Source of the DNA: the human T2T-CHM13v2.0 reference genome, Homo sapiens
Assembly (NCBI RefSeq): GCF_009914755.1
Contig: NC_060930.1
Strand: one strand, 5' to 3'
Length of the DNA: 64,000 bases
Under the pieces are notes generated by a model. The model saw only the letters and a program-made list of their open reading frames with translations, ran no database searches and was not told where the DNA came from. Positions 43,426-55,806 of this stretch are shown in pieces (the first letter of the stretch is position 1; each line of letters starts with the position of its first letter). The position numbers and the translations under genes are program-made.

Positions 43426-45715
43426 TCTGAATCTGGGTCACCGAGCAGTGCTGTAAATCCCAGGGGAGGCCCCGTCCTTAGCTCTGCATCCAGTGAGGAC
43501 CTGAGGTGAGGATGTCTTCACAGATCCAAGGGAGGAGGTTTTAGACACATAAATCTGTGTGATTATCCAATGGCAAGATCATTTGATAGGAGATCCCCAA
43601 CCTAAAAAGAATGTGGCTTTCAGATCTCTTTCTGGTAGACAAACAGATGTTTTAGTAAATCAAAAAATCAGCCTTGTGAGTGTAATTAAATGACTACGTA
43701 ATAAAATCAGTCATTTTCCTTTGGTCTTTTTGTCAGAATGAGTCTTCAGGTTCTGTAAAGAATCTGTCTCCTCCGACATACATCGCCAAGACAGCGGCGG
43801 GCTAATGGGGGCTGTGCTGCCCACTCCTCAGACACTGGATGGGGGTCTCACTGGTCCACCCCGCAGTTGGCTGCTGGGTCAGAGAGTGTGCCAGCCAGAC
43901 CCCAGCGCCCAGCGCCCTCTAGATGTTGCAGAAGGGCGAGAGAGGCTTTCTGTGGTCCTCATTCTGTGAGCAGACCTGTCCTTTCTGGCAGTCAATTATG
44001 CCTTTGCGGAATATGATTGGGAGATTTTTAAGTAAGTCAGAGGAAAACTGATTCTGCTGGAAGTCGGTTTTAGAGCTGCTGAGAGCTATTTCATTCATCA
44101 TAAAAATCTTGTTGGTTCAACAATACCTCTTTTTCCACATTCCTGGTGTTTAAGCAGGGTGCCTTGTCCAAAAACCTAGTGTCTTTTCCCCATTTTCTGT
44201 ATCTGACTTGAAGCAAAATAGTATTGTCCACTGTTCTGGAAACTAACACAGAAAGAAATTGTGACTATGGCAGCACTCACACAACAGTTTATCTGGAAAC
44301 GTCTAGAAGGTGTTATTTTTCCAGCAGTGAAAATTAGTGATATCCATAATAGTCACTATAATTAGTCCTTTTGCTTTTCTTAGAAATTCTGTTTCATTAT
44401 GCAACCAACTTATTTTGTTATTAAATGAAAGTACAAAGAGAATTTTTTAATAATTACATTTCTTATATTTCTACCTCCTTATACAAACACCATTATGATT
44501 TTCATGTCTCTTCTCATACTTGTGTCAGTTTCTCACTTTTATTGCTAAAATTTTGCAAAACTGAGGCTGTATCTATAATGTCATGGTCAGGGTTGGAAGT
44601 TTAAATTTGAGACCTCAAAGAAGATTTTTCAAAGGGGATGCTATGAAAAGCTCCCCATTTTCCTCCTAGTTCAAAGATCCGCAGGCGTTATAAAGCGAAT
44701 GACTACTGGTTAGGTGGAATTCATTTCTGAAGCCGTGGCTGCCGCCAGGAGGGAGCACACCAGCAGGCGTGGATGGGCGTTATTGTTGTGTCTTCTTTCT
44801 TGAAAAGCTCCAGGGTCCAACTGCAAGAAGAGATCACGAGAGAGAATGCGGAACTCCTGGCTCTGTCTCTGGAGAACATTCCAGAGGTTGTGCTGGAGCC
44901 AGAAGGAGCGCTTTCTTATGCTGCTGTCTCCTTCCCGAACTCTCCAGAGCCTCTGGAGTCTTTCACCGGGGCCTCCCCGCCCTCGCTCCCTCTTGGGAAT
45001 TCTCTCTCTCCAGCACCCCCGACGCTTTCTGTTTTAGATCAAATTGACCTTTCTGGCTTGACACCCTTTCCAGCACAGGAGGCAGCTGGGCCTTTCTCTG
45101 AGGCCCTCCTCTCAGCCCACAGCGCGGCAGATCCCTGCGGGGAAATGTGTCCTCCCTTCTCCCAGCCCAAGCCACCTCCTCCCACCTGCATGGCTTTTGG
45201 CCAAAGTTTTCCTTTTGCTTCAACTGAGAGTAGAGCTGCTCTTTCTCCCTGCAGGCACCCTTCACATACTGACGGCAGCCGCCCCCTCGGCCTTCCGCTG
45301 CACCCCGCCCCTCATTTCCAGTGGCCCTCTTGCTTTCTCAGGTGTCAGGGCTTCCCGCCTATGCCACCCCCTAGCAGAGAGGCACCCAGGGGTACCCTAA
45401 CCATTGCAGAGGAGAAGGGCGACCGCCTCCCAGTCCCGGACGCCTGCACATCCGTTAGGCCCAGAGTGGCTGCTCTTCCTGCTGTGGCAGCACTGTCCTG
45501 ATTTTAGCACAGACGTTTCTACTTTCCGGGAAGTCTCTGGAAAACTGGGAGGGTTGGCCCCCTAATCCTGGGAGTCCAACAGGAAGAGCCAGGAAGATAA
45601 TGCTGCAGGAGATGACCCGTCCCGTGGGTGAGGGTTCCCTCCCCTCCCGCGGTGGGTGGAGGGTGAGTCCTGTCGTCCTCCTGTGGCGGGAGAGCTGTCC
45701 ATCATCCATCACTGA

Positions 45716-46373
<658 letters not shown>

Positions 46374-47015
46374 TCTATTTTCTTTTTTGAGTCTCCCTGT
46401 CAGTCCTTAATGTTTTCCACCCCTGTGGTCTCTATTCCCTCAATGTATTCTTCCTTCTTAAACCCTTTAGTTAAGCTCTCACTTGGACATTCTTAAAGAA
46501 ATTTTGTCTCAAAGAGCACTGAGAACAGTAGTGATGAAACGCGCAGGTCGCTTTTCAGTGCTCAAATTCTTCACTCTGCAGGTTTCCTATAAGCACTTTT
46601 CTGTTTTTTTTTTTTTTTTTCTTTAAAGACACTGTACTAATATTTTAGGACCTATCCTCTGGCCACTTCTGAAGTGTCACTTTTCCAGCTTCAGTCTGTC
46701 CTTCTGCTTTGTAAACATGAGCCCAACATCCCAGCAGTTCCATCGGCGTCTCTGGGTTTAATTACAACCTCTCCATGCAAGACCGTTCCTGCATCTCTTG
46801 CTAAGCCCCCTCTTTATGACTCAATAGTGGTAACTTCCACCCCCATCTCTACCACCACGACAACAATCATAATTACAAAGCTGCCACTGTGCACCTAATG
46901 CTGTGTGAGGCATGAACTTTGTCTTCGATCTTCACATGAATCATTTACAAATCTAAAATCCTCGTGTATTGATTAGGAGACAGACATCTAGAGGTTAACT
47001 TGAAAAGTGACTTTC

Positions 47016-47051
47016 GATTCTTGACATGAGTCTAAAGTCATGTCAAGAATC
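47016..47051. repeat. Perfect 14-bp inverted repeat with 8-nt spacer
   Basis: GATTCTTGACATGA-gtctaaag-TCATGTCAAGAATC. Confidence 0.95.
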
Positions 47052-47329
47052 TCCAAGAATTTTCAGTTACACGAGACATCAATCTCTTCACATTCCAGGT
47101 ACTTCAATGACATCCATTTTCTTCCCTCTTAGACCGGTTTCTATAACTGTTCTTCTACGTAGAAATAAATTAGTAAATAAAAAGTAAGCTTTCAGTTTGA
47201 TTTCCCTATTTCTGTCCCGATGTAAAATTTGGCATCATCTTGATTCCCCTTTTGCTTGTTCCTTACTGATATTTTCCAAAACATCTCCCCACATCATTTT
47301 CTCTTCACATGTATCCCAGAAAGGTATGA

Positions 47330-47545
47330 ACTTTTGGATCAGATGACATGGTTTTGAGATTGGCTCTTCAACTTATTGGTGTATGAACTTGAGGAAGTTG
47401 CGTTTTTCCTCTGAGTTTCAGTTTTCTCATCTGTCACTTGAGGAGGACTATGACAACCCCAGGGCCCCTGGGCCTTTAGTGAGGATTAATGAAAATGAAT
47501 GGGTGAAATGGCGAGGGTCAGCCCCACATGCTGGACGCCCTTGGT
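47330..47545 (+). mobile_element. MIR
   Basis: CTCTGAGTTTCAGTTTTCTCATCTGT..GTGAGGATTAATGA. Confidence 0.7.
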
Positions 47546-48704
47546 CCCGGCTCCCTTCTCTACTCTGTGATGTCAGGCAGGGCTGCCGCCAGGAGGAGGG
47601 TGCACCTGCCCTGTGACCTGCTCTTCTCCCTACCGTAAACTCGCTCCCTGTCCCTCCACGGCCCACAGACGTCTGTGTCTTTGTATTGCTGCCAGCCTTC
47701 CGGTCCTGCAGCCACCCTCCCCAGCTCCCCACTGAGGGCTGGTGCCCCCACCTGTCCTTACTGCTCTCCACCTCGGTGCCTTTCTGCCTCCCCACCCAGG
47801 CTCATGCTGTTTGTCCCCAAATTGCCTTCCTCCCCCTGCCTACCTGGTCAGATCTGAGTCGCCTTCCTGGCTGAGTCCCAGCCTTTCACGAAGAGCCTGA
47901 AGTCCAGGATGCTGGAGGTGGAGGAGCTCCTCTGTGCTCCCTCCTGTGAACTGGACGCTCGCAGTGGCATTTCTTCACTGATCCGTCACACGTAGGCTCT
48001 CTGCATATCACATGTGGCTTGTATTGTCATGTATTTAGGCCTCAACTTTCCAACTATATGAGTTCCCAAAAGGTGGGAAGTAAATGGCATACTTTTAACT
48101 ATTTCTGTAGCTTGTGTGCTGTACATAGTAACTATCTGAAAAAATGATTCGTATCTGAAAAATAATTTATAACAGGTGTTCTCCTGGCTATTTGGGAGAG
48201 TAATTTTCAGGCCAGCTACTTTATGGGGTAGAATAACACAGAGTGACTCCCCATGCCCAAATGTATTAGCATATACAGTGAGCATTGAAGGATACACCAT
48301 TTGACATCTTCGTAAACTCCAAAATTCAAGGTGTCAGCACAGCTTGTACTTCCTCCTATAAAATGTGTTTTTGTCCCTACTAGAGAATTTGCTGATGTAA
48401 TTTGTTAAGTAGCCTTTTTTAACTTTTTTATGAAGAAAAAGATATAGATCCAAACCACATAACACAGATCCAAGCACTGCTGGGCTCGGTAGTCTATGTT
48501 TTTGCAATGGGTGTGAGCCTGTGGCTGCCTGCCAGCTGTCATTGTTGTAGGTTTCTTCTTCCTGTCCCTCCACTCTCAGCACCTGTGCTAACTCTAGGCT
48601 TTCCTGGGGAGGGTTTTGTAAAAACCAACAAATGACGCTTTTATTTTAATTTGTTTTGTTTTTTAAAAACATGTTCATTACTTCAGAAGTTTTGTGCGCA
48701 CAAT

Positions 48705-48985
48705 GAGAGTAGAAAACTGCCCCAGTTATCTACCACCTTGAGTCATGGTGGCTTTAACAGTGATTTATTTACAATCTCTTGTGGCTCTGGGGGTCAACTG
48801 GGCTCGGCTGAGTGCTTCTCAGTTGGGGCCTCCACTGCAGGTACCATCAGAGAGTGGGTGGGAGCCATGTCATCCGAAGGCTCGATTGGGCTGGGGGACT
48901 CCCACATGTGGCCGGCAGGTGGTGCACTGCTGCTGCCTGGTATCTCAGCAAGAATTCCCAACCAGCTCACCATATTGACTTCCTC
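48705..48985 (-). mobile_element. Old MaLR LTR fragment (MLT1G/H-like)
   Basis: GGTGGCTTTAACA..ATTTATT..GGGTCAACTGGGCTCGGCTG..TCATCCGAAGGCTCGATTGGGCTGG. Confidence 0.7.
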
Positions 48986-49150
48986 AAAGTTTATACAGAG
49001 TGTTACTTTAGGGGTTAACAAAGCATTTACTATCTTTTCAACTTTGCTGATAATTTCAAAAGATGACTGACACCCAGATGACCAATGTCCACAAAGTGGT
49101 GTGCCATGGCCTCCAGTGTGTGTGCTATGGCCTCCAGTGTGTGCAGAGCC

Positions 49151-49482
49151 TGTTTGTGAATTAAAGGCAATCACAAGGAGAAACGGTCATGGTGACCCAT
49201 TCTGAGCTGTACACAGTGTCCTCTGTAGGATTGTAGCCAGAGGCAGATGGCTTTCCTAGAAATGCCTCAATGTTGAGTTTTAAAGCAACTCCTTATGACT
49301 GTTATCTGAATTTACCAAACTGTCCCTGGCTTTTCTTAGGAATGAACTTCTGATGTTGCTGTGGAATTTTCTGCCTGGAAACTTATTGTTATGAAACATG
49401 TGACTGTAAGCCACATTCCTCGCCTTTTATGCACCTCACAGTGTCTATGCAAATGAACAATGTGATTTTAAATTTGAGGAAG
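49151..49482. promoter_or_regulatory. Candidate hormone/cytokine-responsive enhancer
   Basis: FOX-like TGTTTGT 49151-49157; perfect ERE GGTCAtggTGACC 49185-49197; GRE/PRE/ARE-like TGTACAcagTGTCCT 49208-49222; TTCCTAGAA 49253-49261; TTCTTAGGAA 49333-49342; ATGCAAAT 49447-49454; AACAATG 49456-49462; GAGGAAGT 49475-49482. Confidence 0.55.
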
Positions 49483-49989
49483 TTTCAATAAGAGTGAGAT
49501 CTAAGAGGATCTTTAATATAGGGGCATTTTTAGAGAGCTAAAAACCAAATAGGTCTCAGCTTTCTCAGGGTGACATATAATTTAGATTTGACTTGGAACT
49601 ACAGAAGGAATATGGGGCAAAGGACATGAGAAACATTGCAGAGGTCAGTGCCATATGGAGCTTCCACCTCAGCTCTCGAAGTAAAGGCAACCAGCCCAGG
49701 CTGGGAGCCAGTCAGCAGCAGGGTCTCAATCTCCATCCACTACCTTCCCCTCTGGGGCAGGGAGGGTGTTGCAGGGAGGAGGCCACTCTTGGAGACCTCC
49801 AGATCCCTGCCTCTGTGCAGTCTAACAGAAGGGGCCCCCACAGTGGCCATGAATCTCTTTGTTCTGCAAGGAAGGGGGTGTCATTGGGCCTCCTGGGTCC
49901 CTCAGCATCTGCGTGGCCACACAACGCGGTTTTGTTCAACACGTTACATTTCTGCTTAATTAATGTTCATTTTTGGTCCCCAGCAAAGT

Positions 49990-50090
49990 CCAATCTGTTT
50001 TTCGTTTTCTTTCTTTTCTTTCCAGGCAGGCATTGCCAGGGCTAATCATCTATAAAAGGGCTTACTTTCTTACCTTCACGCTAAGCAAGA
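49990..50090 (+). promoter_or_regulatory. Candidate TATA core promoter (alternatively a 3' splice acceptor at 50025)
   Basis: CCAAT 49990-49994 and TATAAAAG 50051-50058; also a long polypyrimidine tract ending in CAG at 50023-50025. Confidence 0.35.
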
Positions 50091-52487
50091 CCATCCAAGG
50101 GCAGTGTTAGAGGGCACCTGAGAACGCAGGAGGGGTGTGTTACCTGGTGGCCTGTTTCTTCCTCCTATGGGCAGCCCTTCTACAGGAAGCAGAAGCCTCA
50201 GGGGCGATGGTAGAAATGAGGAGGAGGGGATGGAGCTGAGGTAGCAGGGGAGGGGTCGTAAGAGCAGAGGGGAGGGTCTTGCTTTGTTCGCCATCCAATA
50301 ATCAGCAGGTTTCGGGTTGGGGTGAACTACTGGGGAGGAGCGCCCCAGGGCTTCTCTCAGATGGAGGAGGGACAGGTCACCCAGAGTGAAGGAAGTTGTG
50401 AGCTCTGTTAGAGGAAAACAGCCAGGACTTAGTCAGGAGAGGCTTTGTTTGGAAGGATTGTTGTAAGGCAGGGAGAGGAATGATGGCAGCAAGAGGACCC
50501 CGTGACCATAGGTCTGCAAGCACTTCAAACAGAAAAGGCCCTTCTTTTATCCAGTAAGGGGGAGCCACTGGGGCCAGCAGAGTCTTTGGAGGGGACCCTG
50601 GACAAACCCGGGAAAATGGCCAGTGGGGTTGAGCAGGACACAGGTCCTGCTGTGTCTAGCTGGTTCCCCAGAGAGATGATAAGGGGTGCGCTCCAGCTTC
50701 TCAGGCTCACTCAGGCGTGAGGACGTGGAGCTCAGGGCTCTGCAGGAAGGAGCGACCCAGGTGAGGTGTGGTCAAGATAGAGCAGAGCTGGGCAGCGGGC
50801 AGTGGAGCCTCGTGGGCAGCCTGGGGGTGGGGAGGCACAGTGCACTGGGAAGTGGAGAAAGTGTGAGTCCATCAGGCTGGCTGAGAATTGATCACGAACC
50901 TATTGTCTGTAAAACTTTTGTTATTTCCTGAGACGTGGTTCACAGCAACCCAGGTGCGAACAGCCTTGTGATTCTAGGGTTCTTTTCTATTTTTTAAGCA
51001 CTTGCATCTACAAATAAATTTCTGAGTGACTTGTCGTCAGCTGCTTTCCTTGATATGTCTAAAGACAGGGCAGTGACCCGCATCGTCACCCAGAGATTCT
51101 GTCTCTGTGCCACATGAAGATTAGGTGCCCGCTTTTGATTGAGGAGCTCCTCTGTTGCTCTCAAAGTATCTTGTAATAATAGCTGAGATGCATGGAGAAC
51201 CACCTCTCCTTCAGGCGCTGCTCCTCGGCTTCCGTGGACGGGCATGGCTATTTCTCGGAACCCTCTGAGGTTAGAGCTGTCATGGTCTTTCTTCTGAAAG
51301 AGGAAACCGAGGCTTGCTGGGGCTCAGTGGCCCTTCTGTGGCTGCACAGCTTTCGGGGTGGGGCCAGGACTGACTGACTCCACACAAAAGTGCTCCCGGC
51401 CCATGTCTTTAACTCACACGGCCTCTTGCAAACGTTCCCAAATCTTCCCAGTCGGCTTGCAGAGACTCCTTGCTCCCAGGAGATAACCAGGTAAAGGAGT
51501 ATGAAAGTTTGGGTACAAACTCATTGCTGCAAATTGAAAACCATGCAAAGGCTGTCTTCCTCTGGGGAGTTCAATGCCTCTCTTTTTCTTATCACTTTAC
51601 CATTGGTTGGACTTTGATTCCAGGGATCCTACGATTACTCAATACCCTACAGGATATACATGGTTAACCATTTGCATTTGGGCAAATAGGCGTTACTTTT
51701 CAATAGGAAGTGGCAATCCAGAACTTGCTTTTGGGCAATTCTAGTAGCTCACCGCTTTTTTCTTAATGACTGCTAGAAGCTGCATCTTATTGACAGATGG
51801 TCATCACATTGGTGAGCTGGAGTCATCAGATTGTGGGGCCCGGAGTGAGGCTGAAGGGAGTGGATCAGAGCACTGCCTGAGGTGAGCATGCCAAGGCCCC
51901 TGAGACTTTTCTTTCAAAAATGTAACTTCTTTGATCCCCTAGTCTGACAGGAATGGGACTGTTTTACTCATTAATCTTCCAGAATGCTGGCATATTGACC
52001 ATGTTTATGCTTAACGACACAGACTTCCTTTCCTGAAAGCATTGACTTTATGGTTTTAGGAAGCCCACTTTTCCTCTAAGTGTATAGTAAGGGATTTCAT
52101 ACTCGCTCCCTGCACTGGAGCTTCGGTGATGGTCTGGGTACTTGCTCCTCATACAGGAGATATCCTCAGGGCATCAGTCTGGAGAGGAATGTGATTCTTT
52201 ATTTGATCAAATACACTGAAAGATTTTGGAAAACAAAAAAATTAAGCTAAGAAATATTTTGGAGGCAGTAAGTCATTTATGCAATGAAGGCTGATGAGTG
52301 GGCATCCCGGACAGCCTAAGATTGAGCAGGAAGGAGCTTGTGAGGGGGAGTTAAGAGAAATTGACAAGGTGGAAATTTCAACAAGTCTCAGTTGCAAAGC
52401 TCTCATGAGGGCTGCCAATGCCACTGTGATTATGAAGGCAGTATCTTATGACCAGAAAATAATACACAATGATATTAAAGGGAGCCA

Positions 52488-52765
<278 letters not shown>

Positions 52766-53309
52766 TTAGCAGCAGGACATAGATATTGTAGAGATCAGCT
52801 TTATAAAGAAAAACAAAAATGCAAGGCCATAACTAAAGCTATTCTTTAAATGGTTAAAGATGTAATTTCTGCAAATAAAACAGAAAACATAAAAGCAAAC
52901 TTCCAAAGAAATTAAAGGAACTGAAAAAAAAAAAAAACCAACCCACAGAAGCTTAATAAACAAATCACCGGGGGAAAACAAAAAAAAAATCAAACCTCCT
53001 GGTCTCCTCCTTAGCCACTCTCATTCAAAAGCAGAAGGAAGCCAGCCTAGAGTTTCAGCTCCACTGATGCTTATCTAAAAAGGTATAAAATATGGTGGGC
53101 CCATGATTCAAATAAACTTAGAGAACATAAATGTATTGAACACCTACCATTATAGTATGCAAAACTCTGATATCAATAAGATGTTTTAAAATAAATATAT
53201 TATTTAAGATCTTGTGGGAATTCTATGGCATTTCACTAAGACCTGCTGGTGGCAAGGTGAATTAGAACGGCGAGTAAGAGACAGTAATGGGAGTCTCACC
53301 AGTACTCAC

Positions 53310-53435
53310 AGTCCTAGATGAGCTACACTCGCTATCTGTAAAATGGGTATGATGTCTACCTTAAAGGGTTTTGTGAGGTTAAAAGAGATAAACAGCTGTA
53401 AACCAGTGATTCTAATGCCTAGCAGGTAACTAGAA
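53310..53435 (+). mobile_element. MIR fragment
   Basis: ATCTGTAAAATGGGTATGATGTCTACCT..GGGTTTTGTGAGGTTAAA. Confidence 0.7.
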
Positions 53436-53447
53436 CTTAATTTACAG

Positions 53448-53792
53448 CATATGCGCGCACACACACACACACACATATGCGTGCATATATACATACACAC
53501 ACGTCCATATGTACACACACACAGTTATACACATACTGCACACACATGCATGCATACACACATGTATGTATACATGCAGGCACCAATATACACCCATGCA
53601 CACACATGCAAATACACACATACACATGTATACACACATGTGCACACCTATATACACACATGCATACACATGCATATACACATACATGATATAAACAGGT
53701 GTATATATGCAGGCATATGCACACTGCACACATGCACACATGCCTAGACACATACATACACACACACCGACATATGCACACACACACACATA
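53448..53792. repeat. Degenerate (CA/TA/TG)n alternating purine-pyrimidine tract
   Basis: ~345 bp of CACA/TATA/TGCA; generates the His/Thr and Cys/Val ORFs. Confidence 0.95.
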
Positions 53793-54712
53793 CTCTTATT
53801 TAGTTCTTGCTCCTTGTTTTGCAGGGCCACTACTATTTATGAAAGTAAGCACAAATTTAAAACTGTCTGACAATTGTAACACATTGTTAAGCTAGTTATT
53901 AAATGTTTTTAAATTACAAGTCCACACAGTTTTTATTACCAGTAATATTTTCATAACTATTACTAATGTTTTCCCCATATTGAATTTTCTTGGACAGAGT
54001 CTGTCCTTGGCCAAAGGGATGAACAATGGCAGTCGGTCTGTTGCTTGGTCCCCCCAACCCCTGCTCTTCTTGGGGAGCCCCCCACCCACAGCTCTCACCG
54101 GCCTTCCCTCTTTGCTACCACCACAGAGCCAGCCAGTATTGGTCTCCCTGAGAGTGTGTGCTGTGGCTACCCACCTCTTCTGGGGCCATTTGCCTGTGAT
54201 TAGAGGACTCCCAATGCCCTCAAGTCCAAAAACATGGTTTTCTCTAAGGTAGAGGCACCGTTGAAGGCCGGGGGGAGATGAGTGTGGCTGTGTTTGGAGA
54301 ACTGAACACGGCCTTAAATCCTATAGTGAGGGCAGCCCCTCCCTCTTTCTTCTGGTTCTGCTTTTTAGCAGAATGTATAATTAGGTGTTCTTTTCATTTC
54401 TAAATGAATTAGCCAATTAATTATTACTTTCTGAGATACTCTATTGCATATTGTACCTAATAAAAGTTGTACTAGGAAGCCACATTACTTTATTGCAATA
54501 AAAATTGCAAAAAAAATTGAACATTTTAAATGCTATGTAAGAAATATTATTCTGGAATTAAGTTTTTATTAAAGTAACAGTTTTAAACATGTGTGATAAC
54601 AAGATCTTTGAAATGTTAAAATTGAAATTCAGAGGCTAAGTTATTACTTACCATGTGCATATATTTAATCTTCATGAGATCCTAGTACATTTGCATTTCA
54701 TTTAAAAGAGTA

Positions 54713-54867
54713 GGGTGGTGGCTTGTAGTCCCAGCTACTCTAGAGGCTGAGATGGTAGGATAGCTTGAGGCCAGGAGTTTGAGGCTGCAGTGTGCTATTA
54801 TCGTGCCTGTGAATGGCCACTGCACTATAGCCTGGGCAACATAGCAAGACCCCATCTCTAAAAAAAG
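54713..54867 (+). mobile_element. FAM (fossil Alu monomer)
   Basis: Monomer with the 7SL-like extra segment GTGCCTGTGAATGGCCACTGCACT. Confidence 0.85.
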
Positions 54868-55338
54868 GTAGTTTATTTATATGATTTCAAGCCTAAAATA
54901 CATACTGAAGTATAGCTTATCATTATTTGCCTCTAAGTAAGGGAAGAAAAAGCCATTAAAAATATCTTTTAATACGAGTTTATTTCTAAGTCTAACGTAT
55001 GTCCACAAAGAGAAGAGAATCAATCAGACGTGAGGCCTGCACAACTTTTGTTTCATGCATTTGCTAGGGGAATGGAGGCACTTCAAGTCAGAGGCTGGTG
55101 TGGGGACCAGCACACCGTCTAAAGATTCCTCCTGTGTTTGCCTTGGTGGCACCCCTTGCCACATTCCCTGGGTCAGGCAATGCCAGCCCTGGGGGGCCTG
55201 TGAGCTGCTGCAGTCAGGTGGTGGGTGCATGTAGCCATCTTCTTGTCTTCCCTCTGCTGTTGCCTCGAATAGGGATTGGCCCCTAGGAGCTGCTCAGACC
55301 TGTCTTTGGATGAATGAATGAAGAGTCCTCTAGGTTAG

Positions 55339-55706
55339 TGATATTCTTTGGCTGTGTCCCCATCCAAATCTCATCTTGAATTGCAGTTCCCATAATCCCC
55401 ACGTGTGGTGGGAGGGACCAGGTGGAGATAATTGAATCATGGGGCAGTATCCTGTTCTCGTGATAGTGAGTGAGTTCTCACGGGATCTGATGGTTTTACA
55501 GGGGGCTTCCCTCTTCGCTGGGCACTCATTCTTCTCCTTCCTGCCATCATGTGAAGAAGGATGTGTTTGCTTCCCCTTCTGACATGATTGTCAGTTTCCT
55601 GAGGCCTCCCCAGCCATGCTGAACTGAGTCAATTAAACCTCTTTCCTTTATAAATTACTCAGTCTCAAGTATGTCTTTATTAGCAGTGTGAGAACGGACT
55701 AATACA
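55339..55706 (+). mobile_element. THE1 (THE1C-like) MaLR solo LTR
   Basis: TGATA..TTTGGCTGTGTCCCCATCCAAATCTCATCTTGAATTG...GAGAACGGACTAATACA; TG..CA termini. Confidence 0.93.
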
Positions 55707-55806
55707 GTCAACTTATTGATCATATGGTTTATATAATCATACATCTATAATTATATAGATTATATAGTCAGATTATATGATTTATATCATCATATAAATA
55801 AACTAC

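Noticed and set aside
53437-53895. Cys/Val-rich and His/Thr-rich ORFs resembling metal-binding proteins
   Set aside because: Artefacts of the (CA/TG)n tract
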